Shown here: positions 46,179 through 56,462 of the stretch, one piece after another
Layout: each line of letters starts with the position of its first letter
Position numbering within the stretch: position 1 is the first letter of the stretch
DNA from: Candidatus Bathyarchaeum tardum
GTDB lineage: Archaea; Thermoproteota; Bathyarchaeia; Bathyarchaeales; Bathyarchaeaceae
DNA length: 64,000 bases
Direction of reading: 5' to 3'
Assembly: GCA_024650005.2 (NCBI GenBank)
Contig: CP122380.1
Location: 1,728,001-1,792,000 of the forward strand
Program-made: the position numbers and the translations under genes
The notes under the pieces: generated by a model
What the model saw: only the letters and a program-made list of their open reading frames with translations
What the model was told of the DNA's origin: nothing
The model's database searches: none

Positions 46179-46775
46179 GTGAAACAGGTGTTTTTGTTGT
46201 TATATGTTTGTTACACAAAAAAGAATAACGTCTGGTTTGGTGCAGCGACACAGAAAAACCAAGTTGTGGCTACTTGCTTGTCTACTGGAAAACCTGATTT
46301 GAAGCGGTTACTGAAAAGGCTACCTCGGGATACTGCATTTCATGTTACAGACAATCCTGATCAAAATCTAATAGATGTTTTGAAAAGCTTACATGAAGTC
46401 TTTAATGGTAAAAATTGGAAATTACATGGTTTTGGTGTAGATATTAATCGCCTTTCTGCTTACTCCCAAAAGGTGCTTAACTGCACGGCGTTAATTCCTG
46501 TTGGATACGTAACAACTTATGGAGGCATAGCTAAAGTGGCAGGGGGTATTGCAAGGTCGGTGGGGCGTGTTCAGGCGTCTAATCCTGTTCCGTTGTTGAT
46601 TCCGTGCCATAGGGTTGTTCAGTCTGATTTTAGTATAGGCGGTTATGGATATGGAAAACAAGTGAAAATGGAAATTCTTCAACGGGAAAACAGGGGTTAC
46701 GAAGAGTCAAAGACCATAAAAATTGGGGATAATGAGTTGGTTTTGTTCCCTGTGGAAAGGGTTAAGCAGGGATAG
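46179..46775 (+). CDS. ogt: Methylated-DNA-protein-cysteine methyltransferase
   Basis: IP-x-G-x-V-x-TYG, AR-x-VG, IPCHRV. Confidence 0.9.
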   Translation: MKQVFLLLYVCYTKKNNVWFGAATQKNQVVATCLSTGKPDLKRLLKRLPRDTAFHVTDNPDQNLIDVLKSLHEVFNGKNWKLHGFGVDINRLSAYSQKVLNCTALIPVGYVTTYGGIAKVAGGIARSVGRVQASNPVPLLIPCHRVVQSDFSIGGYGYGKQVKMEILQRENRGYEESKTIKIGDNELVLFPVERVKQG

Positions 46776-46839
46776 CTTTTAAGAGGTCAAGAATTTCATA
46801 TACCATACAAAGTTACAGGTTTTGTTTGGAGGAGACAGG

Positions 46840-47367
46840 TTGAAGCGAGGCGTGTTTGTTGGAAGGTTTCAGCCATTTCATAAAGGGCATTTAGAGTTCA
46901 TCAAAAACATCATGAAAGAAGTTAATGAACTGGTAATAGTCGTAGGCAGTGCCCAATACAGTCACAACTTTGATAATCCCTTCACGGCGGGCGAACGCAT
47001 GACCATGATTCGACAAGCCCTAGTGGAAGAAGGAATTAAACTTTCACGAATTTGGATAGTTCCAGTTCCAGACGTTCACCAACATGCTTTGTGGGTTTCC
47101 CAGTTAGTTGGATATTGCCCAAAATTTGACGTCGTCTACGCTAACGAACCGTTAACCAGCAGGTTATTTATTGAGTCAGGGTTTGAAGTGAAACCCATGC
47201 CTTTCATTAACCGAAAAGAATATTCTGCTACAGAAATTCGCCATCGCATGGTAATAAACCAAAACTGGGAAGAACTTGTCCCAAACACCACTGCAAAATT
47301 CATAAAACAAATCGACGGCGACATCAGACTCCGCGACTTGCACAAGACAGACAAAATGAACTACTAA
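46840..47367 (+). CDS. nadM: Nicotinamide-nucleotide adenylyltransferase
   Basis: GRFQPFHKGH, NPFTAGER, SATEIR; TTG 46840 after GGAGG. Confidence 0.92.
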   Translation: MKRGVFVGRFQPFHKGHLEFIKNIMKEVNELVIVVGSAQYSHNFDNPFTAGERMTMIRQALVEEGIKLSRIWIVPVPDVHQHALWVSQLVGYCPKFDVVYANEPLTSRLFIESGFEVKPMPFINRKEYSATEIRHRMVINQNWEELVPNTTAKFIKQIDGDIRLRDLHKTDKMNY

Positions 47368-47654
47368 ACATGGTCTGGGCAGAAAAAAAATAAAATTCTA
47401 TTTCAGGCTAATTTCACAAAAAAGGTAAAAGATAGATTTAGGATACGTCTTGTATCAGCTTTAAAGGGCAGTAAACGTCTAGAAAAGGCGGTTGTAGTTG
47501 TTGCTGAAAAGCTGTTTAAGGTTAAAAATATAACCCCAAACCCAACTTAGGGTTGCATAGACATGCTTCCCATCTCTTCTCGTTCTGTTTTAACACCTAC
47601 AATCACTAAAAACAAATCGGGAGACTGCAACTTTAAAAGGCGTTTTGGCTACAG

Positions 47655-48485
47655 CTAATCCCACATTGGATACTCTGTTCGGAAACCTACATGCTCTAGT
47701 CCACTTAGTAGCTGACTAGTAATCTCGAATGGTTTTGAACCTCCAGCAGGTACGTTGCCAATGGTTACTGTTTCAGTTTTCAAGTCCTCATTAGTGTCCA
47801 TGTTGATGAACGTAACCTCAAACCTGCAGTTCACGGCATCTTTGTTTCCCATGTTGTCAGCAGTCCCATCCAAATAGTAGATACCGGTTTCCCTGTCGTA
47901 GTGACCCCCAACACTAAACCCTATTAGCGGAAATTCTTCTGTTGCAACTGCTTCAAACATGGAGTCTTCGAGAATTGGGTTCACCTGGTACACAGCAATT
48001 TTGAATGTTTGAATCTCACTTGTAATTGGGTCAGCGTAAGTGAACTCCTTAAGTACCCCATCTGAGAATCCAACCAATATAGCATCGACCATTTCTTTCG
48101 CATTTACCCATTGTTCTTGGAAATCTTCAGAGGCATCCATCCACACATTTAAGAAGCTTGACCAAATCCACGCCTTTTCTAGCTCTCGATTCATGATAAG
48201 CTTCATGAAAACTTCATCCGCAATAGCGACTTCATACCTTAGCTTAAGCTTGTCTGTGCCAATATTCTTCATATAAGCAGTCATACTACCAGTCGTGGTA
48301 CCTGTTATGTCAGGCATTGCTTCAGTAGTAAACTGCAGACTACTCACAGTTTCAGGTTCCTTAGGCTCAGGTTCAGCGGCAGGCACCTCAAAGGGGTAGA
48401 AAAAGACAACCCCAATACCAGCTATCGCGACTATAGCAATGATTATCGCCGCTGCAAAAGTAGTTGATATTCCCTTTTCACTCAT
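47655..48485 (-). CDS. Membrane-anchored extracellular protein with class III-like signal
   Basis: MSEKG|ISTTFAAAIIIA; Pro/Glu linker; C-terminal Ig-like G-x-x-x-N-x-G domain. Confidence 0.6.
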   Translation of the reverse strand: MSEKGISTTFAAAIIIAIVAIAGIGVVFFYPFEVPAAEPEPKEPETVSSLQFTTEAMPDITGTTTGSMTAYMKNIGTDKLKLRYEVAIADEVFMKLIMNRELEKAWIWSSFLNVWMDASEDFQEQWVNAKEMVDAILVGFSDGVLKEFTYADPITSEIQTFKIAVYQVNPILEDSMFEAVATEEFPLIGFSVGGHYDRETGIYYLDGTADNMGNKDAVNCRFEVTFINMDTNEDLKTETVTIGNVPAGGSKPFEITSQLLSGLEHVGFRTEYPMWD

Positions 48486-48938
48486 TTTGATTTACTCCCA
48501 GAGTATGCAAATATACCATAAATCCTTGTACACGAACCCCCATATTTAGGATTATAATAATAGTCTGTATTCCAGAAAACAACAGACACTTAAACTGAAA
48601 GCCGAGATACTAAATTTTGAGTTCAAAGAAGGAGCAAAGGATTAAAAATTAACCCCAAACCAGAATGTTCACTTATTTGTATTCATGTGGGTACTCAAAC
48701 TCGTTCGTTTTTTCTTTTGTTTTCTGGTTTTTTCTCTTACTGACTTACCCTCACTTGTGAAACATGCACGCACACGCGTACACCTAACAATAATTATAAT
48801 TGAATTACAGCCAATCTGTTGTTTACGCTGTAAAAATAACTAAGAACATGTGGGTAAGCTTTAGATTTTTATAATGATCTTAATCAGTTGAAAACTTTTT
48901 TAAGATGGTAATAACAAATATAATTCAGGGGAAAAATT

Positions 48939-49223
48939 TTGAAAGTTGGATGTTTAAATGGAAAAAGGGTAATAACGTCACAAGGCAAATTTTTGGGCGA
49001 AGTTGAAGATACTGAAATTAGTGTTGATGGGTGGAGTGTTACACATTTACATGTCAGTTTGGAAAAAGAAATCAGTGAAGCACTTCATTTTGAAAATCCA
49101 TTTCTAGGTTCGGTAAAAGTCCTTTTACCGGTCGCCACTGTTGATGTCGTTGGTGATGTAATCGTTCTAAATAAGACAATTGATGAACTAAAAGAGATGA
49201 AAGAGTTCAAACCACAAAAGTAA
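48939..49223 (+). CDS. PRC-barrel protein
   Basis: L-x-GK-x-VITSQG-x-x-LG-x-V-x-D...VGDVIVL. Confidence 0.8.
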   Translation: MKVGCLNGKRVITSQGKFLGEVEDTEISVDGWSVTHLHVSLEKEISEALHFENPFLGSVKVLLPVATVDVVGDVIVLNKTIDELKEMKEFKPQK

Positions 49224-49267
49224 ACCAACAAACTGCTCTTTTTAGGTACTAAGATGGAGAATCAAAC

Positions 49268-49567
49268 ATGAAATTTAATGAAATAAAAGATCAGGATGTT
49301 CTCTTGCAAGGAAAAAAAATTGGTCATGTTGAAAATTTGTATTACGACCCAAAAAATTGGACGATTACTCATTTTGAAATTCGATTCACAAAAGATGCTG
49401 GCTATGAAATTTTAGGTTCAAAAATGCCAATCCGTAACATGGTAGATATTTCAGCAGTAAAAAAAGGGAAATCATGTTGTACTTTCAGAGGGTTAGAGCT
49501 TGACATGACAAAAACAGAACTGCATGAATACTTAAGACCACCATTAGATAAAAAATGCAACGATTAG
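49268..49567 (+). CDS. Divergent PRC-barrel protein
   Basis: GKKIGHVENL-x-x-D...W-x-ITH, aligns with neighbour. Confidence 0.65.
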   Translation: MKFNEIKDQDVLLQGKKIGHVENLYYDPKNWTITHFEIRFTKDAGYEILGSKMPIRNMVDISAVKKGKSCCTFRGLELDMTKTELHEYLRPPLDKKCND

Positions 49568-49720
49568 GCTGACGTTAGAAACAGCCCAGATTTCTTTTTG
49601 CTGGAAATTTTAATAACAACGAAATTCACTAATCCAGCCAATCAAACTATAAGATCATTGGAATTTTTTACGTCTTATGTCTAAAAATTAAATCTTAACC
49701 GTTTTACCCGTTACTGTAGT

Positions 49721-50344
49721 TTATCCTTTATCCGTTCTCAACATTGCCCAATTTACGAAATTAGTTTCAGGTATGTTTGATTTGCCAATAATTTCAAAAC
49801 CAAAACGTTGATAGAATCCAACATTTTTTTCATCAATTGTTTCCAAGTAACAAGGTATTTTTTCATCGTCTAGCCTTTGAAGCATCGGTTGAATCAACCG
49901 TTTTCCGAAACCTTTATCCTGAAATTTTGGGGCTACACCAATTGTTTGTAAAAACAAATGTTTGAATGGAGTCATATCTTTGTGCACAGTGTCTAAATGA
50001 TTAATAAAATTAGTCATCTTTGAACCTCCATAGCGTCCAAAATTGAATATTTTTGATATTGGAACAGTTCGTAGTATTTTCCAAAATGTTAAAGGATAAT
50101 TTTGTGACGGTAGCCATACCACGACGCCCTCAAAATTTGGGGAGGTCCCAAAAACTTCTCCATATTTTATTCCACTATAAACAACAAAAGATAAAAAATA
50201 ATTTGTAACCTTTTCCCTTATTGGTTTTTCTGGATAGTAATATTTAAGCAGAGGATAAGTCTCAAATGCTTTTTCCAATGTTTTGACTGCGCGTTGTGCT
50301 TTGTTTCTAGTCACAACTGTAAGTTCTTCAAAAGAATTATTCAT
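49721..50344 (-). CDS. GNAT N-acetyltransferase
   Basis: IGV-x-P-x-FQ-x-KG-x-G, CYLET, N-x-x-FYQRFGF; ATG 50344 preferred. Confidence 0.85.
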   Translation of the reverse strand: MNNSFEELTVVTRNKAQRAVKTLEKAFETYPLLKYYYPEKPIREKVTNYFLSFVVYSGIKYGEVFGTSPNFEGVVVWLPSQNYPLTFWKILRTVPISKIFNFGRYGGSKMTNFINHLDTVHKDMTPFKHLFLQTIGVAPKFQDKGFGKRLIQPMLQRLDDEKIPCYLETIDEKNVGFYQRFGFEIIGKSNIPETNFVNWAMLRTDKG

Positions 50345-50607
50345 CGAATTAACACATGAAGTAAAAATGTTAAAAAGGTTTTTATCAAAAACCCTAGTTC
50401 GCTGTTTTTTATTACAATATTCCGTGGTCTGTGTAAAGGCAGGAAGTAGAGTTAAACCTGAAAAGACCACAATTTCAAACAATCCGGCTTCATGTATCTA
50501 GCACTGAAAAACCTTGGTTTATTGGGAGGTTAAAAGAAAGTTTTCAAAAAATTTTTAAACATCCAAAATAGCATTACAATGTTCATGATGTGAAGGGGGT
50601 TTAGTAA

Positions 50608-51075
50608 ATGGATTTTGCTGAATACATAATGTTCAGTTTTTGGTTTATCGTAATTCACACGGGAGCTTACACCATTGCAGGGATGATCGCTCTAAAAATT
50701 AGTGGCAATTTATACGAGGAAAAAAATAGAGTAATGGATTACCTAAGAAATATGTCTGATGAAAAAGAAAGTAAACATGTAAATAAATATTTTATTCCTG
50801 CTCAACTGATTAGAGGTTTACTATTATCAGTTGTCTTGTATCCAATCCTTGGATTATTAGGAGAAATTACTTTTCCCCTTAGATTCGCTTTTTTAAGTGG
50901 ACTAATGTTCATTTACACTGATTTTGCCAGTGCAATTCCATTCTCTAACAACATTGAAGGATTCGTATACATGAAAAAACGCTATCTGAAAATGGATTCT
51001 TTTTGGAAGCTATATCTTGAAACAATCATGTACAGCCTCATATTTGGATTTTTAGCCGCATGGTATCTATTCTAA
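50608..51075 (+). CDS. Hypothetical membrane protein
   Basis: About four TM segments. Confidence 0.7.
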   Translation: MDFAEYIMFSFWFIVIHTGAYTIAGMIALKISGNLYEEKNRVMDYLRNMSDEKESKHVNKYFIPAQLIRGLLLSVVLYPILGLLGEITFPLRFAFLSGLMFIYTDFASAIPFSNNIEGFVYMKKRYLKMDSFWKLYLETIMYSLIFGFLAAWYLF

Positions 51076-51782
51076 ATAAGAACTATTCAAAAGTGGGATT
51101 AATAAAAAGAACAATCAGAAAACAGAAAAAAACCTGAAAGAGAACTGATAGACATCGAATAACCCACATTTTCATTTTTTAGAAAATAAAACGCTATTAT
51201 GTCTGGTCATATTGTCGGTGTCAATGTTCCAGAGCATCTCAATCAATCAAAGCATCAACACGGACTAACTCCCACTTTTCAATACGCATTCTCCAATTTC
51301 TGGTTTAAAATGAGGGAAATGCTCAACACATCCAACATTGGTCTTAAGCTCAAAACAGCCAGCATTTCAACCATGATAACCTCCATAATCCAATAAAATT
51401 TTGAAGCTTTGACAGCTACAGGCGTGACTAAAACAACAACCTTCAACGGGTTAATTGGAACCAATTTAAATTTTCAGATTTTATTCAAAAATGTTGCAAG
51501 GATTGGGTACAGAAATAAACACATACAAAAAATCTGAGAATATCAAAGCAATATACAAGATAAGGGCAGATGACCAAAATGACATTTAGAGCCAGATTAG
51601 TTTATATTTTAAATAATTGATATTAGCAGAAAGAAATGTTAGAAGATTAACTTAATTGCACAAAAGAGGTAAACAATCGTTGAAAAATATAATGGAACTC
51701 CAAACTGCACAGCTGGAAAAACAGTTTTACTGTTTCACATTTTATCAGCCGTTGCTACTCGTGGGAGAAATCCATACCTCGC

Positions 51783-54572
51783 ATGTTCAATAAAGCGTTG
51801 GTGAAAATGTATTTGGAAAAAGCTGATTCTATGCCTCTTCAAGAGATTTTTGAAGAACTTGGCTCTTCTCCGAATGGATTAACCAGTGAAGAAGCTCAAA
51901 ATCGCATTAAAACTCATGGCTTCAACAGGTTATCTGAGAAGAAACAGGCGTCAATTTTTTACAAGTTCATAATTCATGCTAAGGACTTATTTGGCATGTT
52001 ATTACTATTTGCAAGCCTGCTTGCATTTATCAGCGGTAATTCCGAGCTAGGAATTGTAATCCTCGGAGTTGTATTGCTTAACATTTTCTTTAGCATGTTC
52101 CAAGAAGCACGTGCAGAAAAAGCTATACAAACTCTAAAACGTTGGATACCCGAATACACCAAAGTCCTTCGGGATGGAGAACTCACGAAAGTACTCGTGA
52201 AAGAAATTGTTCCCGGTGACATCATAATCTTGGAGGAAGGCGACCGCGTACCTGCTGACGCACGATTGATTGAAGTATTCGATTTATGGACTAATAATGT
52301 TCCGTTAACAGGAGAATCTGAACCGCAACCCCGTTCGGTGGAGCCGTCTGAAACTCGGGAAACTGCTTACATACACTCAACTAACTTGGTTTTTATGAGC
52401 ACCAGCGTTGCAAAAGGTCAAGGAAAAGCAGTTGTCATCACCACGGGGATGAATACCCAATTTGGCAAGATAGCTAGTTTAACCCAAGAAGTACGTGAAG
52501 AAGCAAGCCCTTTGCACAGAGAAATTGAACGAATGGCAAAAATTGACCTTGTATTCGCTTTAATCGTCGCTGTTATCTTTTTTTTAGTTAGCTTACTCTG
52601 GCTAAAAGTGGACTTTGCAACTAGCATCCTTTTCATGATTGGCATTATGATCTGCTTTGTTCCTGAAGGTTTGCAAGTCACAGTTTCAAGTGCGCTAGCC
52701 ATTAACGTTCTAAAAATGGTTAAAGAAAACGTTCTCGTCAAACGTTTGTCTGCAGTCCAAACCCTAGGCAGCGTCACCGTCATTTGCACAGATAAAACAG
52801 GAACAATCACAAAGGGAGAAATGACAGTCAAGAAATTGTGGATTAACAACCAAATTGTTGAAGTCTCAGGTATTGGCTATAAACCAATAGGTTACTTTAC
52901 CATAAACGGCAAACGGTTAAAAAAATCCGAGGTCGAAACCACCCAACAACTCCTCAAAATCTCTGCTTTGTGCAACGGAGCTAAAATAGATCCACCGTCA
53001 GATACTAACAAGTCTTGGAACATTATCGGAGACCCAACAGATGGAGCTTTAATGGTTGCAGCCTTGAAATTTGATTTAAACATTAAAGAACTGCTCATTG
53101 AAAAACCAATAATCAACATAATTCCGTTTGACTTCGCTAGGAAAAAAATGACAACCATCCATAAGGTTGACGATGAAGTTTATGTTTATACTAAAGGCGC
53201 CCCCAGAAACATACTTTCAATTTGCAATAAGATAGACATGAACGGCAAGACAGTGAACTTAACAAGTGAGAACCTTTGTCTTGTAGAAAAAAAACTCCAA
53301 CAGTTTGCCCAAGAAGGACTAAGAGTAATAGCAGTTGCTTACAAGAACATTTCAAGCAACAATTACTCAAAAAACATGAACGTTGAAAAAGACATGGTTT
53401 TTGTCGGTTTAGCTGCTATGATGGATCCTCCAAGACTTGAAGTAAGAGACGCAGTTATTAAAGCAAAACAGGCAGGCATAAAAACGGTCATAATTACGGG
53501 GGATTACGGACCAACAGCCAAATTTATTGCTCAAGAAGTAGGCATACTTACTCGTGACGCATCTACTATAATTCGCGGCGTTGACTTGGACAATCTTGAC
53601 GACCAAGCAATTAATGATACAGTCAAAACAGGCAACGTAATTTTCGCACGGGTCTCCCCTGAACAAAAACTTCGGGTTGTAAAAGTATTGAAAAAGAATG
53701 GCGAAGTCGTAGCGGTCACAGGAGATGGCGCTAACGATGCACCATCACTAAAAGAAGCTGACGTTGGAATATCAATGGGAGTTTCAGGAACAGATGTTGC
53801 CAGAGAAGCATCAGATATTGTTCTGCTAGATGATAGCTTTGAATCAATTGTCAAAGCGGTAGAATCAGGCCGTGTTATTTACGAAAATATCAGAAAGTTC
53901 ATTGTCTATGTTTTTTCGCATAACTGGGCAGAATTCATTCCTTACTTGTTGTATGCAACGATTGGAATACCTTTGCCATTACTGGTCGTGCAGATTTTAG
54001 CAATTGACCTAGGAATTGATGTTATTCCTTCTTTGGCTCTAAGCCGTGAACCTGCAGAGTTAGGAATTATGGAAGAACCCCCACGAAGCATCAAAGAGAG
54101 GTTATTTACTGCTAAAGTCATTGCTCGTTCCATATACATAGGAATAGTAATTGCAATTGTTGCAATGTATGGTTGCCTGAGCGTTTGGTCTTCAGGTGGT
54201 TGGAGTTTAGGGATGCCTTTGGCTTCTGATGACCCAATTTACATTAAAGGTACAACAATGGTTTTTGCTGCTATAGTCGTCGGCCAAGTTGGAAATGTCT
54301 TGACATGCAGAACTAATAAACAGTCCATCTTCAAGACAAGCATCAAAACAAACATGTGGATACTGTTAGGCATAATAACTCAGTTATCCATACTGTCAGT
54401 GCTGATTTATGCACCTCCGCTTCAGTCAATTTTTGGCACTACAGCATTAAACATAATGGATTGGGCATACTTAGCAATGGTTCCAATAGCAGTAATAGTT
54501 GCAGAGGAAATTCGTAAATTTTTCTCTAGGCGACTTTCAAAAAAAGAAATTAACCCAATGCATGATCATTAA
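51783..54572 (+). CDS. P-type II cation-transporting ATPase (P2C-like TM6)
   Basis: TGES, VPEGL, DKTGT, KGAP, TGDGANDAP, LAIDLGID. Confidence 0.92.
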   Translation: MFNKALVKMYLEKADSMPLQEIFEELGSSPNGLTSEEAQNRIKTHGFNRLSEKKQASIFYKFIIHAKDLFGMLLLFASLLAFISGNSELGIVILGVVLLNIFFSMFQEARAEKAIQTLKRWIPEYTKVLRDGELTKVLVKEIVPGDIIILEEGDRVPADARLIEVFDLWTNNVPLTGESEPQPRSVEPSETRETAYIHSTNLVFMSTSVAKGQGKAVVITTGMNTQFGKIASLTQEVREEASPLHREIERMAKIDLVFALIVAVIFFLVSLLWLKVDFATSILFMIGIMICFVPEGLQVTVSSALAINVLKMVKENVLVKRLSAVQTLGSVTVICTDKTGTITKGEMTVKKLWINNQIVEVSGIGYKPIGYFTINGKRLKKSEVETTQQLLKISALCNGAKIDPPSDTNKSWNIIGDPTDGALMVAALKFDLNIKELLIEKPIINIIPFDFARKKMTTIHKVDDEVYVYTKGAPRNILSICNKIDMNGKTVNLTSENLCLVEKKLQQFAQEGLRVIAVAYKNISSNNYSKNMNVEKDMVFVGLAAMMDPPRLEVRDAVIKAKQAGIKTVIITGDYGPTAKFIAQEVGILTRDASTIIRGVDLDNLDDQAINDTVKTGNVIFARVSPEQKLRVVKVLKKNGEVVAVTGDGANDAPSLKEADVGISMGVSGTDVAREASDIVLLDDSFESIVKAVESGRVIYENIRKFIVYVFSHNWAEFIPYLLYATIGIPLPLLVVQILAIDLGIDVIPSLALSREPAELGIMEEPPRSIKERLFTAKVIARSIYIGIVIAIVAMYGCLSVWSSGGWSLGMPLASDDPIYIKGTTMVFAAIVVGQVGNVLTCRTNKQSIFKTSIKTNMWILLGIITQLSILSVLIYAPPLQSIFGTTALNIMDWAYLAMVPIAVIVAEEIRKFFSRRLSKKEINPMHDH

Positions 54573-54686
54573 CTAAATTGTTTTATATTTTTACTCTGCC
54601 CTTTATTCATACATACACTAACGGTTAAGACATATATTCGAACATTCCGATAGCCACAGGTACCACCAAACAAAAAGAAAAACAGA

Positions 54687-54845
54687 AATGGTACATATTA
54701 TTTATTCACAATTCTAAACGATTATAGTATTCATTTGATAGAAATCGTTGCAAACAATAACCATCCCAGAGTTTCTTTCAGGCTTCATTTTTGCTGTCTT
54801 TGTAGTTGCCTTTAACAGTTGTTCTAATCAAAAACAAAAATGAAA
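54687..54845 (+). pseudogene. Orphan 3' end of a PEF-CTERM surface-protein gene
   Basis: NGTYYLF...HLIEIVA / TITIPEFLSGFIFAVFVVA / LTVVLIK + basic tail, across frameshifts. Confidence 0.55.
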
Positions 54846-54869
54846 AGCAATCCAAAGCTGTTAAAAAAT

Positions 54870-55649
54870 TCAGTTAATTTTCCACATTAATTCGTAATAT
54901 TCTCGAATCAACGAAACCAACGCAGCATTGTGAATCTGCAAATACGGAGTTTCCATGGGATTAGTTGGTGAGCTGCTCATCAAGATTTCTTGACCATCAC
55001 GAATAAGCAAATAAGCTGGAACTGAAGGAACATACTTAATCTCACAACCCGAATGAACAATTAAGGGCTTAATGGCTTCTTCAAACTGCATTTTTTCAGG
55101 GGGCAAATCCATTATCATTCTGAACGTAACGCCATTACTCAGAAGCCTCGTGTATTGTTCAGGTGCATGTTCAAAGGCACGTAAAGTGCCACGCCAGTTG
55201 ATCAAACAATCTACAGTATTTTGAGCTTTATTATGCAAAGCCTGAATTTCAGCAATAATAGGTTTAATCCCAGAAATAAGAGTTAAATCAGGAGTTTTAG
55301 GTTTAACAGCAGATTTTTGGCTGACATTTTTTATGGATTCAAGCAAGTCTTTAGCGTTTTCCATTGTTTGTTGATGTTCAGTGGTTTTTTTCTCCATCAA
55401 CATAACAAGACCTATTTCCGGAGAAGTAGCTTTCAACTTTAAAGGATTAGTCAAAAGTTTTTGTACTAAACCTATTTCATGAAGATCGTCAATTATTCTG
55501 TAAAGATGTTGCCGAGCAATGCTAGTTCCTTTTGAAATCGCATTTACCGAAGATACGCCCGAAGTAGCAAGATACAAATACACACTGGCTTGACGGTGGG
55601 TTAGCCCCATATTGATTAATGTTTGAAGTTGAGAATCGTTAGGTTCCAT
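54870..55649 (-). CDS. TrmB-family transcriptional regulator
   Basis: MGLT-x-x-QA-x-VY-x-x-L, R-x-x-LY, GLV; C-terminal effector domain ending W. Confidence 0.85.
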   Translation of the reverse strand: MEPNDSQLQTLINMGLTHRQASVYLYLATSGVSSVNAISKGTSIARQHLYRIIDDLHEIGLVQKLLTNPLKLKATSPEIGLVMLMEKKTTEHQQTMENAKDLLESIKNVSQKSAVKPKTPDLTLISGIKPIIAEIQALHNKAQNTVDCLINWRGTLRAFEHAPEQYTRLLSNGVTFRMIMDLPPEKMQFEEAIKPLIVHSGCEIKYVPSVPAYLLIRDGQEILMSSSPTNPMETPYLQIHNAALVSLIREYYELMWKIN

Positions 55650-55852
55650 ATTTTTCCATCACTACTGAAAGTTAAACGAGAGTTGAACAAATCATGACTT
55701 CTTAATTACTTTTTTTCCAAATTAGCACAAGATTTAGCAAAAAATGAAAAGACATCAACACTTTTTTAGTTATCGGAAAATCAAAAAAAATACAACAGCC
55801 GTTTTCAGGGTATAATTAAATATTGGCATGTTGATGTTTGTGAGGATAGCCT

Positions 55853-56443
55853 ATGTTCAGATTTCAGTTAAAAATATCGCCGACAACGTTTCTTGTTGCA
55901 GCCAACATTGCAGTTTACATTTTCACGTCAGTAATTGGCGGAAACATCTTCGAAACTAACATCAATATTCTGCAAATATTTGGACAATACAACTATAGCG
56001 TCATGAACGGCGCATACTGGCAACTATTAACATCCATTTTTGTCCACGTGGACATAATCCATATCACCTTGAACATGCTGTTTTTATTTATTTTCGGGTT
56101 ACGGGCAGAAGAATTCTTCAAAACAGAAGAATACTTTGCAGTTTACATGCTCTCAGGACTAACAGGCAGCCTATTGACCCTGTTTTTCATGTCTGCAAAC
56201 ACTGTATCTGCAGGAGCCTCAGGGGCAGTGTTTGGAATGTTTGGAGCAGGACTCATATACATGCGAAAAAGGTTTGGACAATCAATAGTAGGTGCACTAC
56301 TGTTTTCCCTGCTGTTTTTGATGCTGTCCACAGGCTCAGGCGTCAATGTAATTGCCCACTTTGGAGGACTCGCAACTGGACTAATTATCGGCTATGTTCT
56401 GGCTCAATCCCGGCAAGAAAAATACTGGATAGAAAACTACTAA
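55853..56443 (+). CDS. Rhomboid intramembrane serine protease
   Basis: F-x-H...H-x-x-x-NM, GASG, AHFGG. Confidence 0.92.
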   Translation: MFRFQLKISPTTFLVAANIAVYIFTSVIGGNIFETNINILQIFGQYNYSVMNGAYWQLLTSIFVHVDIIHITLNMLFLFIFGLRAEEFFKTEEYFAVYMLSGLTGSLLTLFFMSANTVSAGASGAVFGMFGAGLIYMRKRFGQSIVGALLFSLLFLMLSTGSGVNVIAHFGGLATGLIIGYVLAQSRQEKYWIENY

Positions 56444-56462
56444 CAACAAAACAAGAATAGAC

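Noticed and set aside
47370-47550. Possible frameshifted small ORF after nadM
   Set aside because: Needs an A-run correction and shows no recognisable motif
51199-51464. Two short opposite-strand ORFs, possible transposase relic
   Set aside because: No DDE or HTH motif identifiable
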